Shown here piece after piece: positions 25,201 to 36,900 of a stretch of 64,000 nucleotides of DNA. The stretch lies in assembly GCA_020137815.1 (NCBI GenBank), contig CM035356.1, positions 4,030,001 to 4,094,000 on the forward strand. Reading direction: 5' to 3'. The notes beneath the pieces are model-generated. The model worked only from the letters and a program-made list of their open reading frames with translations, ran no database searches and had not been told where the DNA came from. Positions within the stretch are counted from its first letter, which is position 1, and every line of letters begins with the position of its first letter. This DNA comes from Hormiphora californensis. Taxonomy: Eukaryota > Animalia > Ctenophora. The translations under genes were made by a program, and so were the position numbers.

Positions 25201-28200
25201 ACAAAGCGTCTATACATCTATGTATATATGTATGTATATATCAACCTAGTTATCCCCACACTGAATTTTCTGTTTTGGGGGTGATGTTATAACTTTTGAA
25301 CAAAAAGAGCTAGCCACTTGAAATTTTTACCATCGATAGAGGTCTACAAGAAGCTTCTAAGTACAAAATTTCAGCTTCCTAGCTCTTCCGGTTCGGGAGT
25401 TATGGCATGTCAAAAAGTGCCAAAATGGGCTAAAAGTATGAAATAACTATATATACGCTGTGAGCAAGCGGGCCGTTTTTGGGGGAATTTTTTTTCGGGG
25501 GATGAATGGGGTCACCTTTGCGCTTGCCAGCGCAGTGATGAATTTACGTTTTATTTAGAAGACAATCTTTATAGCCCCTTTAGTAACACAGTAACGCACT
25601 AAGATATTCGTCTGTGGTTGAAGCTTTATTTCTTCATGGATATGATTGGATGCAGGATGCGTATCTAGGGTGAGAGGGTGAGCGAGAGAGAAGATATATA
25701 GTGGGTTAGATGAGTCAGGGTGAGAGGATCCCCCCCCCCCCCCCAAATATTGCACAGATTGGGAATAGTTTTAAAGCAAGCCAATTATATATACGTCAAG
25801 TGCCACGCTTCCAAATTATCCTCATTTAGCGAACAATGGGGTATTTACCGAACAATTCCTGTGGGGTATTTAGTGAACAATTCAAATGGGGTGTTTGTGA
25901 GCCGCGAATCCGATTGGCATCTAATTCTGTGAGAGAGGACAGCCCAGATTTTGATGAAACTCGGAAAGAATGAATATTCTTTGGTGTCTTAAAATAGGAG
26001 ACACTAGCGCCGATTAGAGTACGCACAAAAAAAGCGTCGTACCCCCATGTTACCCCTCCCTTGCCGGCGCTCGAAGCACGCCAAACGAAGGCCACGTAGC
26101 GGCCTGAGTCTGAGGTGTCTTCGATACCAAATGTTACTACAGTCGGATCCCGATTTACCGGGATGCTCGGGGGAAATTGAGGGATCCATTTTTCTGTGAC
26201 ACCCCTTGGTATTCACGCTGATGCACTCCAATTCGTCCTGCCCTAAGGAGCAGTCCCAGGTACCGTCACAAATCTGATGCTTGTGGATGGTGCAGGTAGA
26301 GGTTACATCCACGCAGAGGATATCCAAGTTGTCATCGCAAAGACCCTCCCGCAGCTCGTCGCATACCATTACCTTGGCAACGGTGGACATGTAGCCTCCT
26401 ATGGGACATGACAAGGCCACCCTCGCAGGATCGGAGCAATTCGTCTGGTCCATGAGGTCCATGCAGTTGGGGATGTATGTGTAACGATAAGAGTCACTAT
26501 TGAATCTTTTATATTCCTTCCTCAAAGTAATTCAGATGCCGTTTGTAATGCTTAATCCGGGCACACCGTGTAAAGTTGAATATTGGAACATCCACTAGCT
26601 GGTGGTTGAAATTTCTCAACATCTTACACGAGCTTAGGTTCGAGTTTGTAATGTTGCACGTTCTCGTATCAGCCTCCTGATTACAGATATTTTTGTATTG
26701 AAAGAGACTCATGGCATGTGTGCATGACGAGCTTATGGGGAGCCATTCCCAGATACGTGCACACCTAAAACCGTATGTGTACCCTCCACAGTGAATTTCA
26801 TCGTGACAATCGTCAAAATCACACACATCATCACAAATTTTCTCTTCCTCTTTTTCACACTTATCCAGATCATATCCGTGGCACACACCCAATTTGCAAA
26901 GATCTCTAACGGAATGTGGGACGAATGAATCACCTTTCAAATCATCGGTATGACACAAGGCTGCCCCGCATAACGCACTTGGTTGGGTCATATCGGCATC
27001 ATGGAACCCGCATACTTGGTACTGGAATTTGTCATGGGGGCACGTTGCATTGAAAATCCATCGTTCGAAATTAATAGCGTAATAGTAATCGGGGGAGTTG
27101 TAACACTGATAAAGAGTGATGTCAAGGATGGAGGGAGATAAGACACCAGACAATTGATGGCTACATACTCGCTTTATGAAACCCTTATCTGCTACTAGTT
27201 CGCATCGATCTGGTACTAGGAAGGCTGTTCCGAGGTTCACTGAAAAATAATTTAGGTACAGTAATTGCATCGACCCCTGGTTACCAGGATGCTCGGGGGA
27301 AAGAGTTAATCGTACTAAATTTAGTAATTCATCTAAAATCTAAATAAATATTGATTACCATTTAAAAGCAAGATGATGGCCATGAAGCAGTTCATATTAG
27401 AGGCCATTCGGGATTCTTGTTATGTTCTAACCCTCGCGAAAAGGGGGTCGAGATAGGCAATGAGATTTACTTTATCCAGCTATATATCATGGTATACTAA
27501 AAGGGGGCAAGGTGATGAATCAAAGGGAGTAAAAGGAGTCAAAAGGTAGAGGGTGAGCATGAGAGGTGTTTTCGACAAATTTAGTTTTTCAAATACGATT
27601 GCACAAGCATTAGCAGCAGTTGCTAGGTGGCTCGTTATTCGTCAAGTCGTATCTTCAATGCAGTGACATGTTATATATATACTTCATGAATTTACGTTTT
27701 ATTTAGAAGACAATCTTTATAGCCCCTTTAGTAACACAGTAACGCACTAAGATATTCGTCTGTGGTTGAAGTTTTATTTCTTCATGGGTATGATTGGATG
27801 CGTATCTAGATATATGTTGAGAGGGTGAGCGAGAGAGAAGATATATAGTGGGTTAGATGAGTCAGGGTGAGAGGATCCCCCCAAATATTGCACAGATTGG
27901 GAATAGTTTTAAAACAAGCCAATTATATATACGGCAAGTGCCAAGCTTCCAAATTATCCTCATTTAGCAAACAATGGGGTATTTACTGAACAATTCCTGT
28001 GGGGTATTTAGTGAACAATTCAAATGGGGTGTTTGCGAGCCGCGAATCCGATTGGCATCTAATTCTGTGAGAGAGGACAGCCCAGATTTTGATGAAACTC
28101 GGAAAGAATGAATATTCTTTGGTGTCTTAAAATAGGAGACACTAGCGCCGACTAGAGTACGCACAAAAAAAGCGTCGTACCCCCATGTTACCCCTCCCTT

Positions 28201-28580
28201 GCCGGCGCTCGAAGCACGCCAAACGAAGGCCACGTAGCGGCCTGAGTCTGAGGTGTCTTCGATACCAAATGTTACTACATACAAATGAAAGGCACACATT
28301 TTGTATTATAAAAAGGTTCTATTCTCGACAGTAATTGAGACAATATTTATTTAAAATGATTGTCAAATAGATTTACAAAGATCACTCTATGACCTCTTGA
28401 GTAAAAAGTTTATTAAATTAGGTTCGTTTTTGTTTCCGTCTCCAGTAATCGTCCTCCTTCTTTTTACTCTCAGTGTGAAGTCTTTGAACATATTGGAGGA
28501 GGTTATTGGTGGAGTCGTCCCTTCCTAAAGCTTGAACGGCAGCCTAGAGAAAAGGAAGAAATGACAGTAAAAAGCAATGC

Positions 28581-28617
<37 letters not shown>

Positions 28618-28618
28618 C

Positions 28619-28669
<51 letters not shown>

Positions 28670-31600
28670 TTTCTCTCTCTCTCCCTCGCCATATCTCTTT
28701 CTCACCTTCGCAATAGTCCGAGAATAACCTAAGCGGACTGCATAGGATACGAAATTCTCCCTGTTGGCAGACGGTCTTGGTTCGCCCATGTTGTTTTGTG
28801 AAAATAGCAGAGAGGTGTGTGGTAGCAACCAAGGTAACAAGGATAAATGTGGCAATGCAGCATTCGAATGAGGAGGGGAATGAGGAGGGGACGCATTGAA
28901 TGCTTTTGTTTTTGTTGTCTTTCGTTCTGCGGAACGGTAGAGCGCTGCAGTTCAACCTTTGGTCTGCCCAACCCTCATAGAGCGCTTATGAAATAAAATG
29001 CAGAGTGAGCAACACAATTCAACCCCGTGTGTATCTCACTTTCTCTCTTTTGCATTTACCGGCCGGGTTACATCACGCATCGAGTTCTTCCCGCCGTTCC
29101 CACTCTATAGTCTATTTCCCTTCCCCGGCCTCCACGCCCCTGTCTATTACTAAAACACCTTAAAGTCCTAGTGAAGTCGTTATAACTATCTTGAATCTTC
29201 GGCAGTCGATGATAAAAACGTTACCTCTACCCAATACCCATCATACCATGCTCATGCAACTCAATATACCTATGACCCACTTATTCCCATATATCTAGGC
29301 GAACTCTCTGTTCAATGCTCTCTACGAGGAAGGAAGGATACAGGAGCTAGGGGTGGTAGTAGTTGATGAACTACACATGATAGGTGATGGGTACAGGGGT
29401 GCTATACTGGAGACATGCCTCGCAAAATTTCTCTCCGTTACTCCCGGGTACTAAAAGTAGTAGTTAGTAAAATGTAAATTACGTTTTGATGTTCCCTGAG
29501 TGAGCCGGGCCAGACCCCGAAAATTTCTTTTCCGGCCACATCCCTGTCGCCTCTAAAACTCACCCCATCCTAGACCCCGTATTATTGGGATGACAGCGAC
29601 GCTAAATAATCATTTGGAAGTTGCCAGTTTCCTGCGGTGTTCCGGAAAGCACACTGGTGGGGCACGACCTGTGGAACTAACGGAACATGTCAAGATAGGA
29701 GATCAGGTACCTGGGAAACTAAACACACTGACACAGCACACTAGTTGAATTTTTCATGAATGATTCAGTACAAAGCAAGACAGCTAAATTCTAAAATTCA
29801 CAAATATTACAACTCCAACACTCTTGTATTTTAACCGATTGCCCAACAACAGGTGCTAAAGGTGAATAAAACTGAAGGAACGTTAGAGGACACTAGGACT
29901 GTAGCACCCCTCTCATCTCCTCACAACAACACTAACCTCTCTGACGGGGATAGTGTCGCCTCACTTGTCCAGGAGATACTACCAGAGTGTGTGCTGGTGT
30001 TCTGTCCTAGTAAAAACAGCTGTGAGACAACTGCACGGATGCTGGCTAACATTATAAACTGGTCAGTGTGTTACTGCTTAACTCCCCCTGAACTGTGATT
30101 CTGATTCTGCTGCTAAATCTTGGATTAGAATGTTGTCAAACTACATACTCAGTTGTTCATAGCTTTGATAATATTTTACCAGGACACCCCCGAAAGATAT
30201 AGAGGAGAAGAGGGGTGTGTTGATTAAAAGGATAGAGAGCGAGGCAGGAAATGTTGATGCTGTCCTTGCTGAGACCCTACCCAAAGGTGCAATGCCCAAT
30301 CACCCAGTCACTAATAACTAATAAGTAATAGTAACAACTCCGATCCCGTCTCAGCCATTACTGATTACTGCAGTTTAGTATATATACAGTACCGGGTTTT
30401 TGGGGTTTGTTTAAGATCCCCTCCAACCACCTCCTTACCCACCTACCCCTCCAGGAATCGTGTACCACCACACCCACCCACTTCTTCACCCACCCACTTC
30501 TCCAGGAATCGCGTACCACCACAGCGGGTTAACTGGAGATGAGCGAGTTCTGGTGGAGGAAGCCTTTAGTTTGGGAACCATCTCCGTCCTTTGCTGCACA
30601 TCCACCCTTGCTGCGGGTGTTAACCTACCCGCAAGGAGGGTCATTATACGAAGTGTCAGGATCGGAAAGTCCTTTCTCAGTAGGACTCGATATTTACAGA
30701 TGGTCGGACGGGCTGGGAGAACAGGTACGGGATCACTTGATATGTCGCGTGATTATTTAAGTGATCTGTCCCATGCAACATGCAAATTATTACAAAAATC
30801 ATTTGAAATCAGTGAATTATTGATCCCCCCCCCCCCCAGGGCTGACATCATCTGGAGATAGTTTCCTGCTCGGTACACTGAATGAGAAGAGTCGGTGTGA
30901 GCAGCTGGTGTTTGGGAGTATTGAAGATGTTAGGAGTTGCTTGGATAAGGATTCCCTCACCCTAACCCTCCTTCATCTTATTGGTTCAGGTATATGTGGT
31001 CTAGGAATGTGAACTCAGTTAGTTCTATAGAATTGTTTGGTGACGCGGCCACCCCTATACTAGCGAACCAATAGAATTGTAGAGTCTAAAAAAACACAGC
31101 GCAAATAACTTTCTTTCTTTCTATTCAGGTTTGATCCAGAGTTCAGCAGATCTAGGAACTTTCATGCGGAGGACCCTACTTCACACGCAACAACCCGATA
31201 CCAGTCTCTCTGTAGCGGAGGAAGCACTCTCTTTTCTCATCCAGTCTGGTTTTGTGGAACGTAAGGAGGGGAAACTGTTGGGAACCCCATTCGGGACGGC
31301 TGTATATAAGAGCTCCCTGGACCCGAGTCTAGCTAAACTTGTCCTGGCGGACCTTCAAAAGGCCAACAAACATCTGGTGTTATACCGGAGTGTACATTTG
31401 GTTTACCTTTGTATTCCACCTAATATCGAGTAAGGAAAACCTCCATTTGCTCCTTCATAAAACCTTCCACTGCTCCTTCATAAAACCTTCCACTGCTCCT
31501 TCATAAAACACACAATACACCCCTCACCTCAGAAGTACGTCTAGTTTTCACGACCAATCATACTACAGGAATATCTACATAGACTGGATGAAGTATTTGA

Positions 31601-32695
31601 ATGCCTACACCCGTTTTGGGACCGCTACCTCACTAACCTTCAACGCTATTGGGCTTACTGAGGCTTATCTGGCTGGCAGGGCGTGTGGAAAGGGATCTAA
31701 CCCGGTTAGTTGGAATATTCACCCTTTTCAGACAGATTTGGTTAAAGCCACAAGAAACTATCACTATCAGATCTAATATCCCGATATCCCCGATATAATA
31801 ATGTTTCACAATAATTGAATGTTTTTTTCAGAGTTCTGAAGACCCGTATAAGAGGTTCTACCTGGCGGAGGCTATACATGCTGTTATCAGTGGGCATCCC
31901 ATGTGGAAAGTTAGCCAAGTTTATGATATTGCCAGGTTGGTTTTACTAGTCGTGTGGATGAGGGATTTACATTGTTTCACAATTTAGCTTCAAAACCTCA
32001 AATACATTTCCTGATGAAAAAAGTTGGCCAGAAACTTCTAACCCCTAATTCTGTTTCAGAGGCACTCTCCAGGCGGCACTGAACAACACTGTATCCCACG
32101 CTAGCAAGATGGCCCAGTTCACCAAAGCATTGCCTGAGTATTGGTCCCTATCCGCCATATTTGAATCCCTTGTCCAGAAGCTGTTCTTTGCGGGAGCTCC
32201 TGATCTCGCTCATTTGCTGGAGATACCTGGAATCAAACACGTAATTTCTCTAATTATAAAACTTGTTTTATGTCATTATTTAATCTGATTTATTCAAGCT
32301 TTATTATGTTCTTTCATCCGTGGTTTTAATTTCTTTTTCTTTCCCCAGGCACGTGCTAGGCAGCTCAATAAAGCGGGGTACCATTCACTGCAGAAATTAG
32401 CAGCCGCTCAACCGAGTTTACTGGCGAGCGATATTGAGCATCTTACTGAAAACCAGGTATGCTATCATGTTCATTTGATATTGGAGATTACGTCACGTAA
32501 CATTAGAGATCACGTTTGGTTACGTAATTTACTTGTTATCCGTTGTTGACTAACACAGTTGCATGGATCTCTCTTAACTGATCTACCAACTATTTTCAGG
32601 CTCAGAAGCTGATTTCCAGTGCCAAGATTCTACTCCGTGAGCAGGCAGATGCACTTACAGATGCAGCAGCTCAACTTATTGAAGACGCCATCTGA
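17729..32695 (+). CDS. HELQ: HELQ/HEL308 (POLQ-like) superfamily-2 DNA helicase, multi-exon
   Basis: Exons read GIKKLYPWQ; [27 protein letters not shown]; [18 protein letters not shown]; [19 protein letters not shown]; [10 protein letters not shown]; [11 protein letters not shown]; [44 protein letters not shown]; [19 protein letters not shown]. There is no polymerase domain before the stop at 32695. The start codon is less certain. Confidence 0.93.
18276..18620. mobile_element. Small MITE in a HELQ intron, with G-rich TIRs and an apparent 6-bp AGCACT flanking duplication
   Basis: The ends read AGCACT|GGGG..GTCCAGCCCTAAAAAAGCT ... AGCTTTTTTAGGGCTGGACCCC..|AGCACT. Inside are (AAAAAAAGCT)n and a B-box-like GGATTCGAACC. 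Confidence 0.75.
20321..23708 (-). CDS. GRL101/RXFP-like GPCR with multiple LDLa-type Cys modules and 7TM, no obvious LRRs; nested antisense in HELQ intron 19729-29298; several 1-nt frameshifts in this assembly
   Basis: A signal exon [16 protein letters not shown]|gt starts at 23708. LDLa modules include [13 protein letters not shown] and [27 protein letters not shown]. The 7TM has [18 protein letters not shown] and [13 protein letters not shown]. ORFs 22823..23452 and 20321..22672 join across indels that are absent in copy 2. Confidence 0.9.
23989..25537 (+). mobile_element. Composite insertion, Helentron/DINE-like non-autonomous element with a nested hairpin MITE; present only upstream of GPCR copy 1
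   Basis: The empty site ACTTCATGAATTTACG is seen in copy 2 (~27681). A ~55-bp inverted repeat spans 23989/24583 and an inner hairpin 24161-24393. There is a (TATG)n tract at ~25215, and the 3' end GGGTCACCTTT (inverse of the 5' AAAGGTGACCC) is followed by a stem-loop TGCGCT-TGCC-AGCGCA. Confidence 0.65.
26140..26176 (+). mobile_element. Isolated terminal fragment of the TA-MITE family at the duplication junction
   Basis: TA|CAGTCGGATCCCGATTTACCGGGATGCTCGGGGGAAA matches the TIR of the element at 10607-11335. Confidence 0.85.
26177..27407 (-). pseudogene. Partial tandem duplicate of the LDLa-GPCR (signal exon plus N-terminal ectodomain only, no 7TM)
   Basis: ORFs 26509..27270 and 26004..26525 are paralogous to 22470-23540. 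The copy is truncated at KMDPSI by the MITE fragment. The duplicated block extends to ~28278. Confidence 0.85.
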
Positions 32696-33199
32696 GACGG
32701 ATGCCATCTGAGACGGATGTCATGGGATGTCATCTGAGACGCGAATCTGTAAAAACTCATTCGAGGGCTCTGATATATTAGATACTGATACTGTATATTG
32801 GCCTGGACAGTTTTGTTGGTTTTTCTAGCTCAGTTTTAGCGAAGTTCAATTATTACAGTAGTCTATAATTTTTCTTTTTAACTTGTTAATACGAATAGTC
32901 AAATTATTTTATTTTAAGTTATTAGCCCGAGTTTACGAAAGTTTCATACATTATTATATTCAAGATAAAAGGTTGAGTGCTGGTCATGAAATTTTCTGCG
33001 ACACGATTTTTGTTAGGAAGTTGGAAAGGTCCGATTGTTAAATTACGATTTAAGGGATGATAAAGAAGTTAGAGAAAGAGACTCCGAGAAAAAAAGAGAG
33101 TGAAAGCATACCATGATGTCGGCCAGCACTTACCCAGCCATTACATTTGTGGATATTTTAGAGCCAACCTTTCTCTCTCCCTCCCTCTTTCTCTATCTC

Positions 33200-33288
<89 letters not shown>

Positions 33289-33922
33289 ATCTCTTTCTCC
33301 CTCTATCTCTCTCACTCTTATGTTCAAGATGAGCCAAGCAAGCAAGTGTTGTGAGTTTTTTGCCCCTGATACCACTTATTATGTGTTAGAGTCCCTGTTG
33401 ATATATGGGGACTATCATTATGAGCTATATATATTTCTGACACTGAGAATGAATTTAATCCAAGTTACTTGTTACATTGTTTTTCATTTTCCCAAACTTT
33501 TAGATTCAGTGTCTATTTTTTGTCTGCGGTGGTTATATTTTGCGGTTAAACGGCCTGGTTAGGCTATTCTTGGATATTAAAGTGCAGTGTGTGTAACCCA
33601 GGGTGTAACTGATACTATGTTTTGCATAACATGTAGACACATTCTTGGAAAGAATAGAGAATGATTGTAGCTTAGTTTGTTACATCATCTTGCACTAAGT
33701 GTGTTCCTTGAGTTGCTCCTGATACCCATACTGATATGATCGGGGCTACACAGTTTGATTACAGATAATTTTTTGACAAGATCTTACTCTTCCTTTTCGC
33801 TCCAATTGTTTCTTCATCTCAATTTCCCCTCTCCTAACTCCCAACCCACTTGCATAGCTGTTATAGAGTAACAATTTCAATCTGGACGGACTGCGGGCGG
33901 CTGATTCAGACTACCCTTAATC

Positions 33923-36900
33923 ATGTCGTGGCAGCCGTGGTCGGCAGGTTCCTGGCCTGGTAACTATAGCAACAATGATTCTGGTGCTGTAGGTGGTAAC
34001 TATAGCAATAATGATGCTGGTGGTAACTATAGAAACAATGATGCTGCTGGAGGTGGTAACTATAGTAACAATGATGCTGCTGGTAACTATAGCAACAATG
34101 ATGCTGGAGTTGGTAACTATGGCAACAATGATGGTGATGGAGGTGGTAACTATAGCAACAATGATGCTGCTGGAAATGGTTACTATAGCAACAATGATGC
34201 TGCTGGAAATGGTAACTATAATAACAATGATGCTGGCGGTTATTTTGAAAATGGGAATGACCCCGGCGGTGGTTATGGAAGCTTTAGCCCTGGGACAGGT
34301 AATAATGCTGAAGCTGGAGGATACAACCCTGGAACAGGTAGCTTCAATAATGCTGATGCTGAAGGATACAACCCTGGAACGGCAACAGCTGCTAGCGAGG
34401 GCTACAACAGGTAATTGGGGCAACGGAAATACTGCCACTGGTTTTAGCAGTGCTGGAAATGTCCGCCACTGGTTTTGACGTTGTTCCCTCAGTTCAGAAC
34501 GGTGTGACAATGTCAACAGAGGGTCTGGGCTACCAAGCATTCATATCAGCTCAACAGAACAGTACTAGCCCGGTTGATTACAACAGTGCTGGTTACAATA
34601 GCAGTTACTATGACAGCAATGTTTACGATTACAATTACTATGGTAACCAAGGGAGTCCTGACAACAACAGTAAACAGGGCTACAACGATTACTATAACAG
34701 CAATGGTTACAACAATTCAAGTTATAGTTACGGTAACAACGTGGATGACAGTTACCAAAACGATTACAATGGTAACCAAAATGGTACTGAGAGAAACACC
34801 GGGCTGGATGCTTACAACAATGGTTACCGAGACGGTTACTATGGTAACAGTCCATATAATGGTTACAATGGTTACTACGACAGTTATACCTACAATAACG
34901 ATTACTACAACGGTTACAACTATGACAACAGTTACCAAAGTTACACTTACGGTTACCATGGTTACAACGACCAATCCTCGCGCAGCCCTGGTTACCTACG
35001 CGACTACTATGGTAACGACCGACCAGCCTCTCCGGTCGACGATAAATCCGAGTTTCCCTCCCCTCCCCCTGACCAAACTCCCGTTCCCCCTCCTCCATTT
35101 GGTGCCATGTTTTCCCCGCCTTGCTGGGCATACAAAGATACCTCGAGTATGCTAGATGACGATGACGATTCCACCTCAGATTTCTCAACTCCCTCTCCCT
35201 CCGCCACACCCTCTCGATCCTCCAAGCTGACCAAGATCCTGGAAACAGATCAGTTGGTTATTGAGGAGAGAAAGAAACGGCACAACCCTCTCACGTGCAA
35301 GAGGTGTATCGCAAAGGGGAGAGGACAACAACAAGTCCCCGTAGAACGGGTCATGTCAACCATATCTGATACCCGAACACGACGGACCATATCTGACAAC
35401 CTATCCGGTTCGATCCAGAAACTCCCCTATCCCATCACAGATACAGAGGGTGAGGTGTCAACTTCCATTCTGTACGGAGATCAGACAAATACCATTACAG
35501 GAGGCTCTGTGAAGATGAGAGTTCGCACGTGCAGCTGCATCTCCCTCACCAAGTGCAGACACATGATCCGAGTGAGGCATGTGAGTAAGGAGGAGGTGTG
35601 CAGGTGTGTTGGGGAATGTAGGTGTGATGTGTTGATTAGGTTCAGAGAGGCTTCAGGAAGGAGTAGTAGGACGGATCCCCAACATGTTGAAGTGGTTCTA
35701 TCTCCTCACCCCAGGAGCAGGGAGGTGTCTGCAGTTGCCTCGGTTGCGTCCTACAGTCAGGCCGGCAATGTAATGGAGGTCCCCTCTCAAGGGTTCTCCG
35801 TGGAATCTGACATCAAGAAGGTTGAGGTTGCTGTTGTCGAACCAGCCCAGACAGATACACTCTCAAATAGAGGGGAGGAGTACTTCAAACGAAATGTTCG
35901 TCAAAGGAGATCAAGTAACACGAGCGATGGATCAAGTCAACCTAGTCGTAGCTCAGTGAGTAGGAGTAGACGCAGTAAACGGGGAACAAGAGGAAAACCG
36001 GGTGGTCCAGGACAACTAGGTGGTCCCGGACAACCAGGTGGTCCAGGACAAACAGGTGGTCCAGGACAACCAGGTGGTCCAGGGCAACCAGGTGGTCCAG
36101 GACAACCAGGTGGTCCAGGGCAACCAGGTGTCCCAGGACAACCAGGCGGTCCAGGACAACCGGGTGGTCCGGGGCAACCAGGTGTCCCAGGGCAACCAGG
36201 TGGTCCAGGACAGCCATGTGGTCCAGGACAACCAGGTGGTCCAGGACAACCAGGTGGACCAGGACAACCAGGTGGTCCGGGGCAACCAGGTGATAAATGG
36301 CAATCAGGTGGTCCAGGACAACCAGGCGGACTAGGTGTCCCAGGACAACCAGGTGGTCCAAGACAACCAGGTGGTCCAGGACAACCAGGTGGCCCAGGAC
36401 AACCAGGTGGTCCAGGACAACCAGGTGGCCCAGGACAACCAGGTGGTCCAGGACAACCAGGTGGTCCAGGGCAACCAGGTGTCCCAGGACAACCAGGTAG
36501 TTCAGGGCAACCAGGTGCCCCAGGGAACCCAGAAAGAGACATCGATCCCCGGCAAAACGATTATCCAGGACAAAATGGCGACTCATACCCAAGGTACTAT
36601 GACCACTATCATAACCCTTGGGGCTATGGACAGCCCGGAGAGCCTGGCCAGCCAGGACAACCAGGCCAACCAGGTGGAAAGGGTGGAGATGGAGGAGCTG
36701 GAGGCCGTGGTGGGGCTGGGGGAGGTAGCCCAAGAGGTAGGTACCCAAGTCGAGGTAGGAGTCCATCTGAAAGCAGCCAGGGCAGTCCCAGCCTGACAAG
36801 CCATACTAGTCGAGGAAACCCGAGTAGAACAAGTCGAGGTAGCCCCAGTAGAACTAGCCCTGGAAGCCCTAGTAGAACAAGTCGAGGTAGCCCGGCTAGG

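Noticed and set aside
17729-32695. POLQ (polymerase theta)
   Set aside because: The gene ends after the helicase and HhH region with no polymerase domain, and PTSGGKTLV and YAGS.G..PP are HELQ-type.
34411-34450. 40-nt GT..AG intron that would join the two ORFs of giant gene 1
   Set aside because: Splicing at either AG leads into SAGNVRHWF* and not into the long frame.
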